A stretch of 63,808 nucleotides of DNA, filler included, from Saprolegnia diclina VS20 (Eukaryota), in NCBI RefSeq assembly GCF_000281045.1. It is 8 parts of 5 records of this genome, joined end to end, with 100 filler letters (N's around TTAATTAATTAA, not from the genome) between each part and the next. Parts side by side here need not be neighbours in the genome. Positions count along the whole stretch, not along the records: positions 55,941 to 58,449 come from NW_008246197.1; positions 58,550 to 59,975 come from NW_008246199.1; positions 60,076 to 61,364 come from NW_008246199.1; positions 61,465 to 62,613 come from NW_008246201.1; positions 62,714 to 63,808 come from NW_008246201.1; 3 more parts are not named here. One strand, given 5' to 3'. Of the stretch, positions 58,317-63,808 are shown piece after piece. Position numbers and translations under genes: made by a program. The notes beneath the pieces were generated by a model, which was not told the DNA's origin, searched no databases, and was given only the letters and a program-made list of their open reading frames with translations. Within the stretch, counting starts at the first letter, position 1, and every line of letters begins with the position of its first letter.

Positions 58317-58449
58317 GTTTGCATTTTGCATTGTAGCGACTGGAAGCATGGAGGACTTCTACGCTGGCAAGGGACTCTTCCTCACGGGAGGCACGGGCTT
58401 CATTGGCAAGGTACGGCCGCCTGACGGCGCAACATCGGCCTCACACGTG
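58317..58449. repeat. Right arm of the 133-bp inverted repeat
   Basis: Reverse complement of 55941-56073. Confidence 0.95.
58348..58410 (+). CDS. Exon 1 of a fatty acyl-CoA reductase, copy B, partial
   Basis: MEDFYAGKGLFLTGGTGFIGK followed by GTACGG donor; identical to copy A. Confidence 0.75.
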
Positions 58450-58549
58450 NNNNNNNNNNNNNNNNNNNNNNNNNNNNNNNNNNNNNNNNNNNNTTAATTA
58501 ATTAANNNNNNNNNNNNNNNNNNNNNNNNNNNNNNNNNNNNNNNNNNNN
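58450..58549. other. Assembly gap with linker
   Basis: N-run containing TTAATTAATTAA. Confidence 0.97.
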
Positions 58550-59155
58550 GTAGGGCCACCACCCGTGCAGCCACGTGTCGTGGCTGATCCAAATGAACGT
58601 CGTGTAGATCGTGGGCGACATCCCCGCGTACTTGAAGTCTTCCGACTGCACGTCAAAGTCGCCCAGAAAGAGCTCGAGTACAAAGAGCACCGTGTTGACA
58701 CCGTGCTGAACATAGCTGTACCACGGCATTGTCGGGTAGTAGAGCTCGGTCCAAAACACCACAGCAACGAGGAGGCTGTTGGTCAAGCAAATGTCAAAGA
58801 GCGAGTTGAGGGGACGCGACTTGACAACGACCGAAGCGCCGTCACGCGCACGCCAATGACTCAAGAGAAAGCCGGCGGCAAGGGCGTGGTAGACGGTCTG
58901 GAGCGCAAAATTCCAGATCGTGTAGTACGACAAAGCCGTCGTGCCATACTCTTGCGCGTCAATGACCAAAATGATACAAAAGAGCGTCACCACCAAAAGG
59001 CGCAAGGCGAGCTGCAGGTAGTAGCGCCCACGCGAAGTAAACGTCAGCGTCGCAACGTCCGCTTCAAGACCGTGCTGATGCGCGCGGTGCAAGACAAGCC
59101 CCGTGCTGAGGTACGAGGCTGCAACAATGGACGCAATCGTGATCTGGACCCACAT
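58550..59155 (-). CDS. FAR-17a/AIG1/rolling-stone-like multipass membrane protein, 5' part
   Basis: YYTIWNFALQ, LVAVVFW, VQHGVN....LE, Y..F.W......WWPY. The Thr (YTIWN) and His (QHG) lie in AIG1/ADTRP-like positions. Confidence 0.7.
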
Positions 59156-59766
59156 GAGCGCGCTACAATGCTTTGAAAAATGAAAGTCGCCCCAATAAAA
59201 CCATGCTCAACATGTCAACAATTTATCGACGAGACGACCTCGTACTGATAGCGCTTCCAGCACTCACTGGGCCCCCGCACTCCAACGACCTGGAGATAGC
59301 TCGTGGAGTTGTGATCGCAAAAGCTGATTGCACTTGGGAATTTGAAGGGTACGCTGATAGCGCTCTTTGCGACAAGTGGAAAGGATGCGGCTTAAGTGGT
59401 GGACCAGCAACCATCAACAGCGTATATGCCAAACAATAAGGCAGCTGCGGCCACCGTCGTGATGGCACAGTTCCGACTTTTGCTGATCAGTGTGTGCTAT
59501 CAACCCCCTGTTCATGCGCCGTACATCCCCACTAGCTCGAGTGTAGACATCCATATGCACACAGCTTCGATATATCCATTTCTTTGCATTTGTGCTCATA
59601 CCGTACCTGCTTTTCCCACGTCCAGAGTCGCATCCAAAGCCAACCGTGCTCGACATTGCACTACGATCTTATCGTTGAATCCAACGCATTGATTGGCGCT
59701 TCTAAAAAAGTCCGGGCCAATTACAAAAAGGCAAACAATCGGCAAAAAGAAATGCATGAGAAAAGG

Positions 59767-59975
59767 CTACACGATCGTCATGCCTTGGACCGTGGCCACA
59801 ATCGGAAGCGCGTTCTTCTCCAAGACGGGGCAGTACGACGGGAGCAGCTTGGCCTTGAGCAGCGAGATGCCGTACGCGGCGCCATACATGGCAAAATGAC
59901 CGACAAAGACGCCAATGTACCAGAGCGGCGCGACTGGCGTCTCCATCGTGAGGAAGCTGTAGGGCCACCACCCGT
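59767..59975 (-). CDS. 3' part of the same AIG1-like gene family (upstream tandem copy)
   Basis: GWWPYSFLTMETPVAPLWYIGVFVGHFAMYGAAYGISLLK...GMTIV*. It begins at the same residues where the 58550 copy ends. Confidence 0.7.
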
Positions 59976-60075
59976 NNNNNNNNNNNNNNNNNNNNNNNNN
60001 NNNNNNNNNNNNNNNNNNNTTAATTAATTAANNNNNNNNNNNNNNNNNNNNNNNNNNNNNNNNNNNNNNNNNNNN
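59976..60075. other. Assembly gap with linker
   Basis: N-run containing TTAATTAATTAA. Confidence 0.97.
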
Positions 60076-60544
60076 GCCCCCACATGAGATTAACTCTAGT
60101 GTCAGTGTATGGGAACATGTGTAAAGTGTACCCAGCCCCAAACCTCGTGTGTTTTCTTTGGGTTGGGTGTGGTTGGGTTAGGGTTAGGATGGTTCAAAGA
60201 CTTTGGCTGCTCGGATGGACAGGCGCAGCTGCTCTATCGCGACCAGGGGCACATTGTAGTACCCTGACCGCGACGTGTCCACGACTTCGTCGCACAGGCG
60301 GTCCCAGGGGTGAATAACAAGTCACCCTGGGCTGCACGGGGCCTTTGCCGGGAGGAGCAGCCGCCGCATAGTACTGTATCGATGTCGCAATATAACCCTC
60401 TCGCACCTCACGCAGATCCTGCTCATGCTAGAGAAACGAGATCACACCAACCACAGTGTTGATCAACCTCGAAATATGTCGTTGAATATAGAGTCACAGC
60501 AGAAATGAAGCTAGTACGAGGCAAGACGATCAAGGGCCGCACGC

Positions 60545-61364
60545 TCACGGCTTGCAGCGGCTCAGCATCGCCGACAACTGCAGCGCCGTCGGACGGTCCT
60601 CTTCGTACAGCGAGAGACACTGCAGACCAATGTCCTTGACCCACGCCGGCACGCCTTCGCCATCAAACGTCGGGTGCAGCTTGCCTTCACGAACGCTGTT
60701 CAAGACGTAGTGCTGCGGGAGAGCCTTGCCCGAGTCCGGGTGACGCAGGTCGGCGTACGGCACTTGGTGCGTCGCAAATTCCGACAAGATGATGCCGAAC
60801 GAGTAAACGTCGGCCGGCGCGCCATAGTTGGTGCCCGAGATAACTTCCGGCGCCATCCACTGGTACGTCCCGATGCCGTTGGTCATGAGATCATCTTCCT
60901 CGGCGACGCGGGAAGCACCAAAGTCGGTGAGCTTGGTGCCCTTGACCGAGTCAAGAAGAACGTTGCGGGACTTGAGATCGCGGTGGATGATCGGCGGCTT
61001 GTACGTGTGGAGGTAGACGAGACCCCGGATGATGGCGAGAATACACTGGTACTTTTGGTCCCAGCTAAACTGCGCTGGCGACTGGTTGATAAGATACGAA
61101 CGAAGATCCCCGAGGTCCATGAACTCGACGACGCACTCGATCTCAATCGGACGGGTCCAGCTAGCACCGACAAACTTGACAATGTAGTCGCTGCTCATCC
61201 TACACGTTGTCAACGTTAGTCACTGCACCGCTGAATGAGAGAAGATCGAGTTGAACGTACTGCGACATGAGCACGATCTCGTCAATGAACTTTTGGACCA
61301 TACGCGCCTCTTGGTTCTTCATGCGCTTGATCGCGACCTGCTTGCCGCCGTACGAGCCGAGCCA
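60545..61364 (-). CDS. Tyrosine-kinase-like (TKL) protein kinase, 5'-truncated; intron 61200-61260
   Basis: VAIKR, FIDEI, IVKFVGASW, HRDLKSRNVLL, DFG, GTYQWMAPE, DVYSFG. Confidence 0.93.
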
Positions 61365-61464
61365 NNNNNNNNNNNNNNNNNNNNNNNNNNNNNNNNNNNN
61401 NNNNNNNNTTAATTAATTAANNNNNNNNNNNNNNNNNNNNNNNNNNNNNNNNNNNNNNNNNNNN
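61365..61464. other. Assembly gap with linker
   Basis: N-run containing TTAATTAATTAA. Confidence 0.97.
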
Positions 61465-61636
61465 TTGTGACGGTGCACCTCTAGGGCAGCGTATACAAGG
61501 AACTATGGGTCGGGCGCGGTGCTGGTGTAGCCGCCGTCGCGCCTCGCAGTGCAGACCTCGAGGTCAAGGCCCTGGGCATGTTTGCACACCGCACCTCAAT
61601 GCCAACCATAGCTGGTGCGATATAAAGGTATCTTGT

Positions 61637-61665
61637 TAGATAGATAGATTGATAGATAGATAGAT
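61637..61665. repeat. (GATA)n microsatellite
   Basis: TAGATAGATAGATTGATAGATAGATAGAT. Confidence 0.8.
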
Positions 61666-62613
61666 GTCTAACTTGCCAACACGTACAATTGTACATCCGG
61701 GGCCGCCTCGTGAACTTCAGTGACGCGCCGTTGGCGACGCGCCGCATCCGCCAGCTCTCCGACTCCCACCTCTACGTCGCAATGGAGAGGCTCGTAGCTC
61801 CTTCCGGCGTGGTAGTAGTGCAAGGCAACGCAATAACCTCGCGTTTCTCGTGGCTTAAATGCGAGCGCCTACGTGCAGTCCTAACGCTGGAAACAAGGCT
61901 TGACCACAACTGTCTTCTCCATTGATGTGTCCGGAACTATCGCGTCTTTCGCGCCAACTACCACTACCAAGTCCCTGGACGATTGCCGTCAAGGCGGCGC
62001 GTATGCCTCAACTGCATTTGCACCACAGTTTCGTTCAAGATCCCGAGTAGCCCGCCCTTCATCGGCTTCTCCGGCTCCTCACCCAACACGAGAGACCGCA
62101 CCAGCACTTTGTCCCGCGGATCGCGCTCCTCCGCCTGAGCGTACCGTATGTAGTTTGTGCTTTATACTAACGCGGCTAGGATCTTAGCACCACGGAGTCC
62201 AGTAGTGCTAGTGGAAGTGGAGCGTCGTGTGAGCGCCATGGAGGGCGCTATGCACTTCCAGTCAATAGCGCTGGGCTCCTCGTCATGCCACGAGCTCCGT
62301 CTCGTCCATGAACTACAGTACTAGTACTAACATGGAACAGAGTAGTACAATACTAGTACGCACACACGCACATAACGTTTACGCCACTCCTTGAGGTGCT
62401 ATCCCTCGATAGCTGCGGACCTCAAGCACCTCAAGGAGTGGCGTGACGGCGGGTATTTGATTGGTGGATCACTGGCCGCACGGCCCCGTCCACATCAGCC
62501 GCGCACTTTTTCAGCAAACACCATTGACAATTCTGGAATGTATCCGGAAGGCGACCTGAATGAAGGTCCCACCAGATCGACCAGCACTCTCGTCCATTCG
62601 CGCCCATCCAACG

Positions 62614-62713
62614 NNNNNNNNNNNNNNNNNNNNNNNNNNNNNNNNNNNNNNNNNNNNTTAATTAATTAANNNNNNNNNNNNNNNNNNNNNNNNNNNNNNN
62701 NNNNNNNNNNNNN
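62614..62713. other. Assembly gap with linker
   Basis: N-run containing TTAATTAATTAA. Confidence 0.97.
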
Positions 62714-63594
62714 CGTGGATGCTCACGCAAGATTTCGCACAGTACTGCCGCGCCGGTGTATGGTACGTCACATTTCTCATGCTCGCAGTCTCGGCACTCG
62801 CGTGCGTCTACATGGTCGCGACGCGGGGCATCTTTGAGGGACTCAACATGCTCGAGCTCTCGCGGGTCGGGGGCATCGTCTGGGTCGGCCGGCCACTCCT
62901 CTTTCTTCGGTCCATGACGGCGCTCTGCCTCCTCTCGACCGCTACGTTTGAGCTCCAGACGTCTGGCTACCGCAGCTACTTTGCGGCCGTGCCCACGCCG
63001 TGGTACAAGATTGCGCTCGCGGCCGGCGAGGTCACGTGGCTCGTCTCGGTCGTCAACGACGTTGCGCTCATCGTGACGAAGGAGTACTCGATGTACTATA
63101 CAACTGCCAATAGCATTCTTGTGTGGCTTATTGTTGCGACTCTCGCGGGGGCGTTTCCCGTTGAAGCCACTGTGAGCTTGCACCCCACGTGCGTTCTCGC
63201 CCAAGTTGATTTTCAAGCGGTTTGCAATAGCGGTACGATTGCGATCGGCCAGCGCGACCGACTCTTGTTGCTGTCTGGGATCGTTGTCGGCTGCAACATT
63301 ATTTGCTTTGGCGTCGTGCGCGTGTACATGGAGAGGCCAAAGACCCGCGTGCGCTCGCTCTTGCTCTCGAGCGGCGCCAAATTCCTCTTTGCGCACCACA
63401 ACCGCATCGTCCAGGACGTCTACTACCTCGACCGCGCCTCGGCCGCCCTCGCTGGCATCATTACCTACCGCCAAGGACGACGCATGTTCATGCTCGACGT
63501 CAAGCTCTGGCGGCTCTTCTCGACGCCGCTTTCGCTCGGCAACAAGTCAAATTCGATGCTGGATTCGGCGCTACCGCTCTGCAATCCAAAGTAG
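62714..63594 (+). CDS. C-terminal part of an oomycete-expanded multipass membrane protein of unknown function
   Basis: GLNMLELSRVGGIVWVGRPLLFLRSMTALCLLST, AGEVTWLV, YYLDRASAALAGI, LDVKLWR; 5' part lost in the gap. Confidence 0.75.
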
Positions 63595-63808
63595 AAAGAT
63601 AAGGACATACGTCGTTTCACTTCAACTTCAAGACACTACAATCTGACGTTTGAATATGCATATCTATATGTGTTGTTTGGGGTCTCGAGTCTGCCCCACT
63701 CACTGCCTTCCCAGCGATCGATCGGAAGATTGCCACGGGATGGAAGCGACACCCGCGCTCTCAAGTCAAGGGCCGACGACCAGCATGTATGGTGCTGACT
63801 TTGGCCTC

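Noticed and set aside
55941..58449. DNA transposon with terminal inverted repeats
   Set aside because: The arms are coding FAR exon 1 sequence truncated by gaps, and the interior is a conserved cellular gene with no transposase.
62310..62362. AGTACTAGTACT-type palindromic repeats
   Set aside because: Short low-complexity sequence with no supporting structure.

Overview
Eukaryotic, GC-rich window with short (~45-60 nt) GT-AG introns. The gene families point to an oomycete, probably Saprolegniales (inference). Seven 100-nt assembly gaps, each containing the artificial linker TTAATTAATTAA, split it into 8 contigs. Contig 1 (1-15783) lies entirely inside one gene encoding >5,200 aa of Gly/Ser/Ala/Thr-rich beta-solenoid-like repeats. 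In its interior sits a Peptidase S74 / intramolecular-chaperone auto-processing (ICA) domain (PSDSRIK...GVVAQQV..IFPE), like those of phage tail spikes and MYRF, and its 3' part has an alternating 93/107-aa higher-order repeat. This putative self-cleaving trimeric giant fibre is the standout finding. The remaining genes are: alanine aminotransferase (3' end partly duplicated), an EHD/dynamin-like GTPase with hydrophobic C-terminal segments, TMEM184, a multi-PDZ protein, CRAL-TRIO, three bZIP-like/M96-like paralogues, a UNC-93-like MFS transporter, a kelch-BC-box-Zn-finger protein, an ankyrin-repeat protein, a tandem array of four DOMON-like + ferric reductase genes, CCDC77 flanked by inverted identical fatty-acyl-CoA reductase starts, a probably collapsed tandem AIG1/FAR-17a-like gene, a partial TKL kinase and a partial oomycete membrane protein. 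Family assignments come from motif recognition only; no searches were run.
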